DNA of 64,000 bases from a virus (lineage: Duplodnaviria > Heunggongvirae > Uroviricota > Caudoviricetes): the IMG/VR virus record IMGVR_UViG_2974578479_000001, positions 64,001 through 128,000 of that record. One strand, written 5' to 3'. Below are positions 1 through 9,807 of the stretch, in pieces. The notes below the pieces were generated by a model, which was not told the origin of the DNA, did not search any database, and saw nothing but the letters and a program-made list of their open reading frames with translations. Position 1 is the stretch's first letter, and each line of letters starts with the position of its first letter. Both the position numbers and the translations under genes were made by a program.

Positions 1-66
1 ATGGCTCGTCGCAGTCTTTCTTGGAAAGATTGTACAAAAAGAAAACGTCAATATAAAGGAAGCTAA
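1..66 (+). CDS. Probable 3' end of an upstream gene (partial)
   Basis: Open frame from base 1 to TAA at 64-66, directly before the next gene. Confidence 0.35.
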   Translation: MARRSLSWKDCTKRKRQYKGS

Positions 67-93
67 ATGCTTCCTTTTTTCTTAGGAAAAATC

Positions 94-915
94 ATGAACT
101 CTGATGATCTATTACAAGCACGAACATTACTAAATGAACTTACTGTTGAAGGTCGAAGCTTTGCTGCAACTCGTTATATGTTTAGTAACGAACCGTCATA
201 CCAAGATAACAAATATTCATCTGAATTAATTAACTGGATGAATATCAATAATCTAATAGTACTATCCAGTACTTACGATTTAGATTCCTACTATACTGTT
301 GAAATTTTTTCAGTTACTGAATTAGGTACATGTATTTCATGGTTCCTTTCATTGACAGAATATTATAATGCAGGTGTAGATGGTGAAGATAATTTTAGAT
401 CTGCGGGTCAAGCATTGTTTACTATTATGAATAAGTACAATGAAACTGAACTTGAACCATTGATTAGTATTATCACAGTTGAAGAACAAGAAGCGTATCA
501 ACATTTTTACCGTACCCAAATTTGGGATGCAATTGGTAATCGCGGAACAACAACTCGTACTCGTGAAGAAGCATTACAAGCAATTGAAGTTTCGAAAGGT
601 CTTCTACCTATGTTTGAAATGTCAGTACTTCTTGGTGCTCGTGGTACTGATCCTACCCGTACTAACAACTATGTATTCAAAAAATGTATGGAAGAATTGG
701 GCGAAATGGCACTAGAAGATCAAATCGAAAATGGCCTTTCATATAAAGATGCTGGTTCTGATGGGGTTGCTGGAGAAGCGGTTGACCTTGCTATTTGTGC
801 AATGGATATGTTTGCATTACAGCATGGTCATTTAAATCCTGAAGAAATTCAAGAGAGATTTATTGAGTATATGAATAAAAAATTAAACAAATGGAAAAGT
901 ACTTTAGGGAAATAA
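94..915 (+). CDS. Protein with C-terminal MazG-like NTP pyrophosphohydrolase domain
   Basis: KCMEELGE...GEAVDLAICAMD matches the MazG EExxE...ExxD pattern; start moved to ATG 94 after AGGAAAA. Confidence 0.6.
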   Translation: MNSDDLLQARTLLNELTVEGRSFAATRYMFSNEPSYQDNKYSSELINWMNINNLIVLSSTYDLDSYYTVEIFSVTELGTCISWFLSLTEYYNAGVDGEDNFRSAGQALFTIMNKYNETELEPLISIITVEEQEAYQHFYRTQIWDAIGNRGTTTRTREEALQAIEVSKGLLPMFEMSVLLGARGTDPTRTNNYVFKKCMEELGEMALEDQIENGLSYKDAGSDGVAGEAVDLAICAMDMFALQHGHLNPEEIQERFIEYMNKKLNKWKSTLGK

Positions 916-916
916 T

Positions 917-1531
917 ATGACAGATCATGCAAAGACAAAAGCGTTATTGGACGTTCTTGCAGAAATGAATCAACAGGATGAAAAATGGGGTGCTGATAGA
1001 AATCAACATCCTTTTCTATGGCAAGTTATTTTAGGTGAAGAATTTGGTGAAGTTTGTCAAGCAATTTTGCATGATGAATTTGGTGGTTCTCATGCAGGTA
1101 CAGCACGTGAGGAATTAGTACAAGTCGCTGCTGTAGCCTTGCAATTTATTGAACAGTATGATAGACTAAACGCAGTTCAGAACGTAAATCGTGAACCAAA
1201 ATTGGTTATTCTTGAATCTCCATTTGCTGCCACCGATGAACACACTGTACAAGAAAATATTGAATATGCACGGAAATGTGTTAGACATTCTCTTTCGTTA
1301 GGTGAAGCACCAATTGCAAGCCACCTACTTTACACTCAAGATGGTATTTTGGATGATAATATTCCAGAAGAACGTCAATGGGGTATTGATGCTGGATTAG
1401 CATGGAAAGAAGTTGCACAATGTTCAGTTGTTTATATTGACCGTGGAATTAGTAAAGGTATGGAATATGGTATCAAGGCTGCTGAACAAGCAGGACTTAC
1501 TATTGAATATCGTAAAATTGAGGAAGAATAA
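917..1531 (+). CDS. MazG-like domain fused to a small nucleotide-binding-like domain
   Basis: N-half ILGEEFGEVCQA...REELVQVAAVA; C-half VILESPF..NIEYAR..SLSLGEAPIASHLLY..GISKGMEYG. Confidence 0.6.
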   Translation: MTDHAKTKALLDVLAEMNQQDEKWGADRNQHPFLWQVILGEEFGEVCQAILHDEFGGSHAGTAREELVQVAAVALQFIEQYDRLNAVQNVNREPKLVILESPFAATDEHTVQENIEYARKCVRHSLSLGEAPIASHLLYTQDGILDDNIPEERQWGIDAGLAWKEVAQCSVVYIDRGISKGMEYGIKAAEQAGLTIEYRKIEEE

Positions 1532-1809
1532 TGAATATCCGTCCAGTATATAATCATATTATTGCAAAGAAATATGAAAATGAACCAAAAAGTGCAGGTG
1601 GTATTTTACTTACAGCTAGTGGAGAGGATGAATCAACTCATGCTGAAGTAATATCTATTGGCAGTGCTTATAAAGGTGATATTAAAGTTGGTGATATTGT
1701 TTCTTACCTTGATGATAAACGTGTTCATATTGAAAAAATTGAAAATGAATATCTATTAATAATGCCAGAAGATTGTGTTCTGGCGGTAATTGAAAAAGAA
1801 GGCGAATAA
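1531..1809 (+). CDS. groES: GroES-like co-chaperonin
   Basis: IRPVYNHII..KSAGGILLT..AEVISIG..IKVGDIV..YLLIMPEDCVLAVIE. Confidence 0.85.
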   Translation: MNIRPVYNHIIAKKYENEPKSAGGILLTASGEDESTHAEVISIGSAYKGDIKVGDIVSYLDDKRVHIEKIENEYLLIMPEDCVLAVIEKEGE

Positions 1810-1810
1810 C

Positions 1811-3073
1811 ATGCATAAGGCGTTGGTAGAATTACAAGCTCGTGGTCTAATTAATCAAAGTACTGAACTTTCAGTATTATCTTCTCTACTTGAGAAGGGT
1901 TCTTCAGTGTATTGTGGATTTGATCCAACGGCTGACTCATTGCATATTGGTAGTCTTCTACCTCTCATGACTCTGAAAGTACTTAAAGAACACGGAGTTC
2001 ATGTTATTGCACTTGTTGGTGGGGCAACTGGTCGTATTGGCGATCCAAGCTTTAAAGCACAAGAACGGCAAATGCTAACTGAAGAAATGGTAGACCGAAA
2101 TATTGCGGGGATTACTTCTGTAATTCGCAAATTTCTTGGTTCAGATACATTAATTGTGAATAATCACGATTGGACAAAAGACATTTCAGTACTTGATTTC
2201 TTGCGAATATACGGTAAATGCTTTACTGTTAATAACATGATTTCTAAAGAAGCAGTTCGTTCTCGCATTGAACGACCAGATCAAGGAATTTCATTTACTG
2301 AATTTACATATCCAATTCTTCAAGGAATGGATTTTGAACATCTATTTAATATTGGATGTTCTATTCAAATTGGTGGTTCAGACCAATGGGGTAATATGAT
2401 TGCTGGAACTGACTTGATCCATAAGATGCACGGTAATGATGCTGAAGTGGGGGTTATCACTTTACCCCTACTATTAAAATCGGATGGTACTAAATTCGGT
2501 AAATCAGAATCGGGAACTGTATGGTTAAGTCCTAATCATACTTCTGCATATCACATGTATCAATTCTGGTTGAATGTTACTGATGATGAAATGATTACCA
2601 TGTACCAGTACTTTAAACCAATGTCATTTTCGGTCGATGTTGTAAAAACAGAAATGGAACAAAACGTAGTACTAATGAAGAAACAATTTGCTTATAGCAT
2701 GACTGCATTAGTTCATGGTACTGATAAAGCCGATCAAGCATATAAAGTTAGTCAATTCTTGTTCGGTGCAAAAATTGAACTTGATATTGAGTCAATTAAT
2801 ATGATGGTGGATTCTGGTATGGAATCGACTACAATTATTGAACCAATAGGATTGATTTCACTATTGGTCGAAACTGGTCTAGCATCGTCTAATAAAATGG
2901 CTCGTGAGTTCATTACTAATGGTGCCGCTAAGATTAATGGTCGCAAAATTAATGAGTTCTACGATCCAGTACAATATGAATTTACTGAAGATGTTGATAT
3001 ATATGACAACCGTTATTTTGTTCTACAACGTGGTCGTGATAATTTTGTAATTATTCGAAATGGGAGGATTTAA
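1811..3073 (+). CDS. tyrS: Tyrosyl-tRNA synthetase
   Basis: YCGFDPTADSLHIGS (HIGH-type), QIGGSDQWGN, KFGKS (KMSKS-type), C-terminal S4-like domain. Confidence 0.95.
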   Translation: MHKALVELQARGLINQSTELSVLSSLLEKGSSVYCGFDPTADSLHIGSLLPLMTLKVLKEHGVHVIALVGGATGRIGDPSFKAQERQMLTEEMVDRNIAGITSVIRKFLGSDTLIVNNHDWTKDISVLDFLRIYGKCFTVNNMISKEAVRSRIERPDQGISFTEFTYPILQGMDFEHLFNIGCSIQIGGSDQWGNMIAGTDLIHKMHGNDAEVGVITLPLLLKSDGTKFGKSESGTVWLSPNHTSAYHMYQFWLNVTDDEMITMYQYFKPMSFSVDVVKTEMEQNVVLMKKQFAYSMTALVHGTDKADQAYKVSQFLFGAKIELDIESINMMVDSGMESTTIIEPIGLISLLVETGLASSNKMAREFITNGAAKINGRKINEFYDPVQYEFTEDVDIYDNRYFVLQRGRDNFVIIRNGRI

Positions 3074-3075
3074 TA

Positions 3076-3540
3076 ATGTCACAAACATACACAGCGGTAC
3101 TGTACCGTTATAACCACTCAGATTACTGTCGTGGTTGTTTAATGGGTTCATCTGATTCTGATTTGAAAATTTATACTGGAACTTCACAGCAAGATATTAT
3201 TGATATGATTTTACCAGTACTTGTTGAATCTAAATTAAATTCTGATAAGCATTATGAATATGCTGAATATGAACCAATTATTTTCTTTAACGGCATTACT
3301 GATGGTTATAGTGGATACGAAGAAAATTCAGCATTTGTGAATACTTTTGCACAACAATACTTAAATGAAGTACGGGGAATGCTAGATACTCAACTTACAC
3401 AGGCAATTACTGAAGCTCGTAAAGAAGTTAAAATACAAGAAGAACGTAAAGCTCGTGAAAATGCAGAATTAAATCGTCAACGTGCTGAAGAAGAAGAAAG
3501 AGCAGAATTTGAACGTTTGAAATCTAAATTTGGTGAATAA
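3076..3540 (+). CDS. Hypothetical protein
   Basis: Tightly packed ORF with C-terminal coiled coil. Confidence 0.7.
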   Translation: MSQTYTAVLYRYNHSDYCRGCLMGSSDSDLKIYTGTSQQDIIDMILPVLVESKLNSDKHYEYAEYEPIIFFNGITDGYSGYEENSAFVNTFAQQYLNEVRGMLDTQLTQAITEARKEVKIQEERKARENAELNRQRAEEEERAEFERLKSKFGE

Positions 3541-3789
3541 ATGAAAATATTTCTTGCAATTGTTGCCATGTTTATGTTATCATCTTGCCGAGTTGAATCA
3601 GATTCAACCAGTTCACCTGTATTTTCAGGAATTGTAAAACAAGATCCTCGCATTGTCACGGCAGATTTTGAAATGGACAATAATAAGTATCATTGTTTTA
3701 GTTTCGATCCCACTAAAGACAATTTAATTTTTATGTGTAAGAAGGTTAAAAATGAAGAAAATTCTTCTAGCTCTACTAGTACTAACTAG
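3541..3789 (+). CDS. Small putative lipoprotein
   Basis: MKIFLAIVAMFMLSSC signal ending in lipobox-like Cys. Confidence 0.55.
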   Translation: MKIFLAIVAMFMLSSCRVESDSTSSPVFSGIVKQDPRIVTADFEMDNNKYHCFSFDPTKDNLIFMCKKVKNEENSSSSTSTN

Positions 3790-3940
3790 TACTGCATGTA
3801 CCAGTGTAAGTAATGGTTCATACGAAACGTATAGTCCATTTAATACTGATGCTGGTTATAATTGTGCAGTTGAAAGTTCAGACATATATCTCATTAATGG
3901 TGTACCATCTTTGAAATATATTTGTAATAAGGTAAAATAA
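3752..3940 (+). CDS. Small putative lipoprotein
   Basis: MKKILLALLVLTSTAC signal ending in Cys. Confidence 0.55.
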   Translation: MKKILLALLVLTSTACTSVSNGSYETYSPFNTDAGYNCAVESSDIYLINGVPSLKYICNKVK

Positions 3941-4470
3941 TGGAAATAACACGTTCATGGGCGATGCCGAATAAGAATACTTTTTCGATTAAGCCTATAA
4001 GGGATTTTATTGAACGCGAACTATCGAAAGCAGAGTTGATTGAAGGTGCAGTACTTGTTGATGCGTTTGCTAACAATAGCGTCTTCAATCCTCGCTTAAC
4101 ATATACAAATGATTTAGATCCTGATATGCCAACAACACATCATATGGATGCGTTGGAGTTTCTTAAATCGTTAGAAACAGGTTCAGTAGATTTTCTACTA
4201 TTCGACCCACCATATAGTCCACGACAAGTTTCAGAATGTTATAAAAGTTTAGAAATGACTGTTAACATGCAAACTACACAATCAAGCTTTTGGGGTAATC
4301 TAAAGAAAGAGATTGCAAGAGTTATGAAAAGTGGTGGTGTAGTAATGACATTTGGTTGGAATAGTGGCGGTATTGGAAAAACTGCTGGATTTGAAATTGA
4401 TGAAATCCTTTTAGTTGCACATGGTGGTTGGCATAATGATACCATCATAACTAAAGAAATTAAAAAATAA
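3940..4470 (+). CDS. Small DNA amino-methyltransferase-like protein
   Basis: FLLFDPPYSPRQ catalytic DPPY motif; TNDLD/MDALEFL SAM-binding-type segments. Confidence 0.65.
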   Translation: MEITRSWAMPNKNTFSIKPIRDFIERELSKAELIEGAVLVDAFANNSVFNPRLTYTNDLDPDMPTTHHMDALEFLKSLETGSVDFLLFDPPYSPRQVSECYKSLEMTVNMQTTQSSFWGNLKKEIARVMKSGGVVMTFGWNSGGIGKTAGFEIDEILLVAHGGWHNDTIITKEIKK

Positions 4471-4476
4471 GAATTG

Positions 4477-4594
4477 AGAAATACAAAGCCGTGCCTCTGG
4501 CAAAATCCAGTATAAGTCCGTTTACGCTTCATCGCAAGTACTGAGAGAATATTCCTACTCGTTAGCACTACCAACTCTTGGGGCGTTGTATTTC
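4477..4594. other. Structured intergenic element (candidate ncRNA or leader)
   Basis: AGAAATACAA 4477-4486 is the exact reverse complement of TTGTATTTCT 4585-4594; nested GTGC/GCAC and CTGG/CCAG pairings. Confidence 0.4.
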
Positions 4595-4622
4595 TTTTAA
4601 GTTAACTATAGAGAGACAAAAA

Positions 4623-5258
4623 ATGAATATATGTGAAAAATACTGGTGGATTTCACATCACCCAAAAATTGTTGATTTCGCTGATTCAGCAATTATCGAA
4701 GTTACTCCACACATGGTTTGTCCAGAAACAAATCAAATTGAAAATTTATCAATTTTGAATACAAAGTTGCAGTTTTGGGTCGAATTCATGACTCCACATT
4801 TCGATGAACAATTTAAAATTCACGGTCATGCACATGATTGGGAATTAGATTGTGGTGGTGATACATGGGAAGAAGCAATCGAAGCCTTGTACCAAGGAGT
4901 ACTTGCAAAGTATGGTGATTATACACAAGAAGACTTGGACAAGCAACGAGAAGAAGCAATGAAGGATTTTGATGCTGATAAATTCTTTGCTAACGCTACC
5001 GTATTGAAAACTGAACCAGAAGAACGAAAACCATTAGAAGATTATGAAATCGATGCATTTAAACGTGACATTGAACATATTAAAAAATTACTACCAGTAC
5101 TATCAAATAAACTTAAAGATGCTAACTTAACAATGCAAGAATATGCAGATGTTGAATTGGAAATTATCTGTGCTGACCGTGATTTGTACGTTGCAACAAA
5201 ATCATTGGAATGTGGTTACGATGTTGAAGTATATGGTATTACGGATGAAAATAACTAA
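4623..5258 (+). CDS. Hypothetical protein
   Basis: Long acidic ORF; start moved to ATG 4623 after GAGAGA. Confidence 0.7.
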   Translation: MNICEKYWWISHHPKIVDFADSAIIEVTPHMVCPETNQIENLSILNTKLQFWVEFMTPHFDEQFKIHGHAHDWELDCGGDTWEEAIEALYQGVLAKYGDYTQEDLDKQREEAMKDFDADKFFANATVLKTEPEERKPLEDYEIDAFKRDIEHIKKLLPVLSNKLKDANLTMQEYADVELEIICADRDLYVATKSLECGYDVEVYGITDENN

Positions 5259-5610
5259 ATTGGTTGGTATATTGAAAGATATGCCACAAAAAAAGAAATC
5301 CAGTTCTACACGTAAACGTTATACAATTATTGCGTGTGCACTAGATAAAAAAGGGCGAGTACTATCTATGAGGACAAATGATTATAATTGTTCTCACCCA
5401 TTACAAAAGTACTTTGCAGAGCAAGTAGGAAAACCAGAAGCAATATTTCTTCATGCTGAAGTCGCAACATTAATAGCAGCCCGAAAAGAAGTTCATAAAT
5501 TGCTTATTGCACGAATAGATGTGAAAGGTAACCCATTACCTGCGAAACCATGTCCAATCTGCGAAAAAGCAATTGCAGCATTTGGGGTAAAGGAAATTGA
5601 GTACACATAA
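5245..5610 (+). CDS. Zinc-dependent cytidine/dCMP deaminase-like protein
   Basis: HAEV...AKPCPICEKAI deaminase HxE/PCxxC motif. Confidence 0.75.
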   Translation: MKITKLVGILKDMPQKKKSSSTRKRYTIIACALDKKGRVLSMRTNDYNCSHPLQKYFAEQVGKPEAIFLHAEVATLIAARKEVHKLLIARIDVKGNPLPAKPCPICEKAIAAFGVKEIEYT

Positions 5611-5842
5611 ACATTTAGATGAAATAATTCAACTATTAACGGATGAATCAGATACTTATATTAGTACTGTTAAGTTTTTACATTCGATGATGATTGAAGC
5701 TAAAGAAGCTGGTACATATAACAGAAAGGATTTTAGTGCTGCATTATTAGTGCATAATTGCTTACGTAATAAGTACAAGCAAGATTTTAACGGCGAATTA
5801 CTTTCTTGGTATCGTCGTTTTATAGGACTATACGACAACTAA
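5597..5842 (+). CDS. Hypothetical protein
   Basis: ORF fills the gap between co-oriented genes. Confidence 0.55.
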   Translation: MSTHKHLDEIIQLLTDESDTYISTVKFLHSMMIEAKEAGTYNRKDFSAALLVHNCLRNKYKQDFNGELLSWYRRFIGLYDN

Positions 5843-5852
5843 TAGGGAACAT

Positions 5853-6407
5853 ATGAAAAATACAATCATTGTGAACTTAGTTGGTGGACCATGTTGCGGT
5901 AAGAGTACTACCGCAGCAGGACTATTCGCTAAGATGAAATTACATACTAAGCAACAAGTTGAAATCGTAACAGAAGTCATTAAAGATTATGTATACGATG
6001 AAAATAAAATGGCTATGCAAGATCAAGTACTAATTACTGCAAACCAAAATCACCGCCTATTCCGGTTAAAAGGAAAGGTGGATTTTGTCGTTTCTGATGC
6101 TTCCCTTTTGAACGGAATTGTATATAATGAGTTTTATCATGACATGGAAAATATCAGTTCAAGAGTAGCATTTCAATTGTACGAACAGTACGAGAATATA
6201 GTATTTTTGCTTCCACGTAAACCAGAATACGATCAGTATGGTCGTACACAAACACTTGAAGAAGCAAAAGAACTTGACCGTTTATTTGTTGAAAATTTAG
6301 AACATTTACGTATTCCATATATTGATATGCGTGAATACACACATGAAGAAATGCCTGATCGTATTCTTGATGTTCTAAGCAATCGTTTTGGATTTGACGT
6401 TCATTAA
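5853..6407 (+). CDS. P-loop kinase/ATPase, NadR-like (AAA_28 type)
   Basis: GGPCCGKSTT Walker A; VSDASLLN; YDQYGRTQTLEEA. Confidence 0.7.
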   Translation: MKNTIIVNLVGGPCCGKSTTAAGLFAKMKLHTKQQVEIVTEVIKDYVYDENKMAMQDQVLITANQNHRLFRLKGKVDFVVSDASLLNGIVYNEFYHDMENISSRVAFQLYEQYENIVFLLPRKPEYDQYGRTQTLEEAKELDRLFVENLEHLRIPYIDMREYTHEEMPDRILDVLSNRFGFDVH

Positions 6408-6465
6408 AAATTATATTTTATCAACTTTTTTATATTGGGTAAACGTTGACCTAAGTATTAAAAAC

Positions 6466-6479
6466 TTGATCTAGATCAA
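6466..6479. promoter_or_regulatory. FNR-binding site (consensus match)
   Basis: TTGAT-CTAG-ATCAA is a perfect TTGAT-N4-ATCAA; TATTAT -10 at 6503-6508; lies upstream of nrdD. Confidence 0.75.
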
Positions 6480-6481
6480 AG

Positions 6482-6508
6482 ATAATACCCCTTCATATGG
6501 GGTATTAT
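6482..6508. repeat. 10-bp perfect inverted repeat over the nrdD promoter
   Basis: ATAATACCCC-ttcatat-GGGGTATTAT. Confidence 0.8.
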
Positions 6509-6555
6509 ATATTTTAAGTGCGTAAATAATTCACCTTAACAGACACGGAGCGTCA

Positions 6556-8379
6556 ATGATGAATAATGATAGATTGTATAGTGACATTAACGAATTTCTA
6601 AACCAAAGTAATAAAGATCTTCTAAATGAGAATGCTAACAAAGATGCCAAGATTGTAAACACTCATAGAGACTTGCTTGCTGGCATTCTTTCCAAGCATT
6701 GGGCTGAAGATATTCTTTCTGAAGATTTAATGCAATGGCATAAAAATGGATATGGTCACATACATGATCTGGATTATTTTATTAGTCCTTTAACAAATTG
6801 TTGTTTAGTAAATTACAGAGATATGTTAGAGAATGGATTTAAAATCGGTAATGCACAAGTTGGAACTCCTAATAGTATTGGAGTTGCTAGTACTATATTG
6901 ACTCAAATTGTACTCGCCGTATCAGCTAGTCAATATGGAGGTCAAACATTAGCACATATTGACTATGGTCTTGAGCCATACGTTCAGAAGTCCTATGAGA
7001 AGCTACAGCAGCTTCAAACAGAATTCAACCTACCGGATGAATATGTGGAAAAAGCCTTACAGAAGGAAGTGTATGATGCTATGCAAGCCCTCTTGTATCA
7101 AGTTAACACCATCACGTCTAGTAATGGACAAACGCCATTTGTGACAATAAGTTTAGGATTAAATAAATCCAAATTTGGTCAAATGATAACTGATTCATAT
7201 TTGAAAGTACATGAAAAAGGTTTAGGTGTTGATGGCAATACTCCAGTATTTCCTAAAGTAGTTTTCTTCCTTGAAGATGGTGTTAATCTTAAACCTGAAG
7301 ATCCAAATTACTTTTTAAAAGAACAAGCTATGCGTACTGCATCCAAAAGAATATATCCAGACTTTGTTTCAGTACCATTGAATAGAAAGGTCACTGGTTC
7401 AAAAAGTGTTCCTGTATCACCAATGGGATGCCGTTCATTTTTAAGTAAATGGGAAGATGATAGCGGTACTGAACAGTATGATGGTAGATTCAATCTTGGT
7501 GTAGTTTCTATTAACTTACCACTACTTGCATTAGAATCCGAATCAGATGGTGATTTCTTTGGTAAGATCGATCATCATATGAATATGGCCTATAGAGCAC
7601 AGATGAACCGTGTAGAACGTCTTAAAAAGATGAAAGCACGTCAGAATCCAACAATGTTTATGGAAGGTGCAATTGCCCGTTTAGGAGCAGATGATACTAT
7701 TGATAAATTATTTTATGATGGATATGCTAGTATTAGTATTGGGTTCGTTGGATTAGCAGAATGTTCAGAAATCATAAAAGGGCATTTGAACAAAGATTAT
7801 TGTAAGTCTATTTTACATTATATGAAATATAAATGTGAACAATTCAAAAAGGACAGTACTTTATCATTTAGCTTATATGGAACACCAGCAGAAAGTTTAT
7901 GTTATAAATTTGCTAAATGTATCGAATTGAAGTATCCAAATGTTTTAAAACGTGACTTTATTACAAATTCATTCCATCAACCTGTGTGGGTAGAAAGTAC
8001 TCCATTTAGTAAGTGGGATTATGAAGAAAGTTTTGCATATCTAAGTAATGGTGGTAATATAAGTTACGTAGAAACACCAAATCTATCTAACAATATTAAG
8101 GCACTTGAAACCTTAATTGACTATGCGTATGATAGAATTCCATATTTTGGTATTAACCAACCAGTTGATAAATGCTATAAATGTGATTTTGAAGGTGAAT
8201 TTGCTGTAGATAAAATTGGTTTCCATTGTCCATCATGTGATAATAGAGAAGAAGGTACTATGTCAGTAATTAGACGAGTATCAGGTTATCTAAGTGCACC
8301 TAATAGTAGAGCGTTCAATACTGGAAAACAACAAGAAGTTATTCAGAGAGTAAAACATGAAAGACAATCGAAAGAATGA
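6556..8379 (+). CDS. nrdD: Anaerobic (class III) ribonucleotide reductase, large subunit
   Basis: HIHDLD, TNCCLVN, MGCRSFL, YGTPAESLC, CxxC..CxxC zinc site, RVSGYL glycyl-radical loop; no ATP cone. Confidence 0.97.
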   Translation: MMNNDRLYSDINEFLNQSNKDLLNENANKDAKIVNTHRDLLAGILSKHWAEDILSEDLMQWHKNGYGHIHDLDYFISPLTNCCLVNYRDMLENGFKIGNAQVGTPNSIGVASTILTQIVLAVSASQYGGQTLAHIDYGLEPYVQKSYEKLQQLQTEFNLPDEYVEKALQKEVYDAMQALLYQVNTITSSNGQTPFVTISLGLNKSKFGQMITDSYLKVHEKGLGVDGNTPVFPKVVFFLEDGVNLKPEDPNYFLKEQAMRTASKRIYPDFVSVPLNRKVTGSKSVPVSPMGCRSFLSKWEDDSGTEQYDGRFNLGVVSINLPLLALESESDGDFFGKIDHHMNMAYRAQMNRVERLKKMKARQNPTMFMEGAIARLGADDTIDKLFYDGYASISIGFVGLAECSEIIKGHLNKDYCKSILHYMKYKCEQFKKDSTLSFSLYGTPAESLCYKFAKCIELKYPNVLKRDFITNSFHQPVWVESTPFSKWDYEESFAYLSNGGNISYVETPNLSNNIKALETLIDYAYDRIPYFGINQPVDKCYKCDFEGEFAVDKIGFHCPSCDNREEGTMSVIRRVSGYLSAPNSRAFNTGKQQEVIQRVKHERQSKE

Positions 8380-8773
8380 AACTTGTTATCGTAGATGGGT
8401 GTTCGATAAGCCTAAAAACGGTAAGAAAAGAGAAAAAACATATTTTCCAAAGGGCAAGAAAATGCCCTTAAAAAAAGCATTTGATATTGTAGTGCAAGGA
8501 TTACTTGCAGGAAAAGGGTTACATCCATCCGTTGATTATATCTGGTACGCAGAGAAAATTTCAGCAGAATGTAATGTTCATGTTGATTTAGTTCGTCAAG
8601 TACTACATAAATTAAATCTAGAGGGATGTTGCTCTAAAAGAATACTGTGGGATGCTAGAGGTGGAATGTTCGCCATGCATACACGGTTAGATTGGGGTGA
8701 CGCAGTAGTTCCTTGGGAAGCAAAAGAGTATCATGTAAATATGGATAAACTTAAAGAGAAATATGGAAAATGA
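8357..8773 (+). CDS. Hypothetical basic protein
   Basis: Overlaps the nrdD stop; operon packing. Confidence 0.6.
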   Translation: MKDNRKNETCYRRWVFDKPKNGKKREKTYFPKGKKMPLKKAFDIVVQGLLAGKGLHPSVDYIWYAEKISAECNVHVDLVRQVLHKLNLEGCCSKRILWDARGGMFAMHTRLDWGDAVVPWEAKEYHVNMDKLKEKYGK

Positions 8774-8940
8774 TTCAATATGTAATTACTGAAGGAATAC
8801 ATACTGGAACTATATTTTCTATTATAATGTCAAGAAGTGTTGTTTTGAAATCTGACACTATTCCAGTTGGTACATTGCTATCAAATATACCAGATGATGA
8901 ACGCATGAAAATGAGATTTAGAGTTTATGATCCCAATTGA
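8770..8940 (+). CDS. Small hypothetical protein (56 aa, not in ORF track)
   Basis: MIQYVITEGIHTG...RVYDPN; ATGA overlap with the previous stop. Confidence 0.5.
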   Translation: MIQYVITEGIHTGTIFSIIMSRSVVLKSDTIPVGTLLSNIPDDERMKMRFRVYDPN

Positions 8941-9436
8941 TTTAAAAGAAAGAGAGAATATGATCTTATATTTCTCTCTTAAAAATAAGCATGGTTATTC
9001 ATTAGATAATTATGATGAAGTACTAGAACAATTAATTTCAGATCTTAAACCAAAAGTACAACAATATTATGCAATTATAATTCCTGAAAGTTCATCACCA
9101 TTTTTAGAAGATGTTGTTAAGCGATGTGGAAAACCATATATTATTGTAAAGAAAAATAATATACAGTACTTTAAAGATTTAGCACCAACATTAGGATTAC
9201 AAAAGGCTGAGCTTAAAAGTCATTTATCTAGAATGGATGACATGGGAGAATCTTTCAAAATTAATATGTTGAAAGCTACTCAGCGTGATAAGTACATTGA
9301 AAGTTTATTTTGTACTACAATCTCCCCTAACAATTCTATCATTATTGATGATAGTAATTTCTCTGGAAGTACCAAAAAGGCATTACAGTTTAGTACTGGA
9401 TGTTCTGAGTACTTACCAATTTTTACAAAAGGATAA
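8927..9436 (+). CDS. Phosphoribosyltransferase-fold-like protein
   Basis: [13 protein letters not shown] resembles the type I PRTase PRPP-binding loop; IIIPESSS near the N-terminus. Confidence 0.45.
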   Translation: MIPIDLKERENMILYFSLKNKHGYSLDNYDEVLEQLISDLKPKVQQYYAIIIPESSSPFLEDVVKRCGKPYIIVKKNNIQYFKDLAPTLGLQKAELKSHLSRMDDMGESFKINMLKATQRDKYIESLFCTTISPNNSIIIDDSNFSGSTKKALQFSTGCSEYLPIFTKG

Positions 9437-9440
9437 TAAA

Positions 9441-9803
9441 ATGACAATCAAAGCAATTCAAATTCTACGTGGTGAACACGAAGGTACAATTTTGATTCAT
9501 GATGAAACAACTGCACGTGTAATTGTTTCCAAAACATTAGAAGAAGATTCTGAATTACCAATGGCACAATTTTGGGGTGAATCTGTTCGTGAGGTTAATA
9601 TCGAATATCCAACCTTAATTGAGGGTGGTCAGCATTTAAATGTTAACGTACTAACACGTGAACAATTGGAAGATGCACAACAAAATCCAGAAAAATATCC
9701 ACAACTAACTATTCGAGTTTCAGGTTATGCAGTTCGCTTTAACTCTTTAACCAAAGAACAGCAAGATGATGTAATTTCTAGAACTTTCACTACTAAGGTA
9801 TAA
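9441..9803 (+). CDS. grcA: Autonomous glycyl radical cofactor (GrcA/YfiD-like)
   Basis: [46 protein letters not shown]; start ATG 9441 after AGGA. Confidence 0.92.
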   Translation: MTIKAIQILRGEHEGTILIHDETTARVIVSKTLEEDSELPMAQFWGESVREVNIEYPTLIEGGQHLNVNVLTREQLEDAQQNPEKYPQLTIRVSGYAVRFNSLTKEQQDDVISRTFTTKV

Positions 9804-9807
9804 TATT

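Noticed and set aside
6556-8379. Intron or intein in nrdD (as in T4)
   Set aside because: The ORF is continuous at 607 aa with all motifs in the expected order
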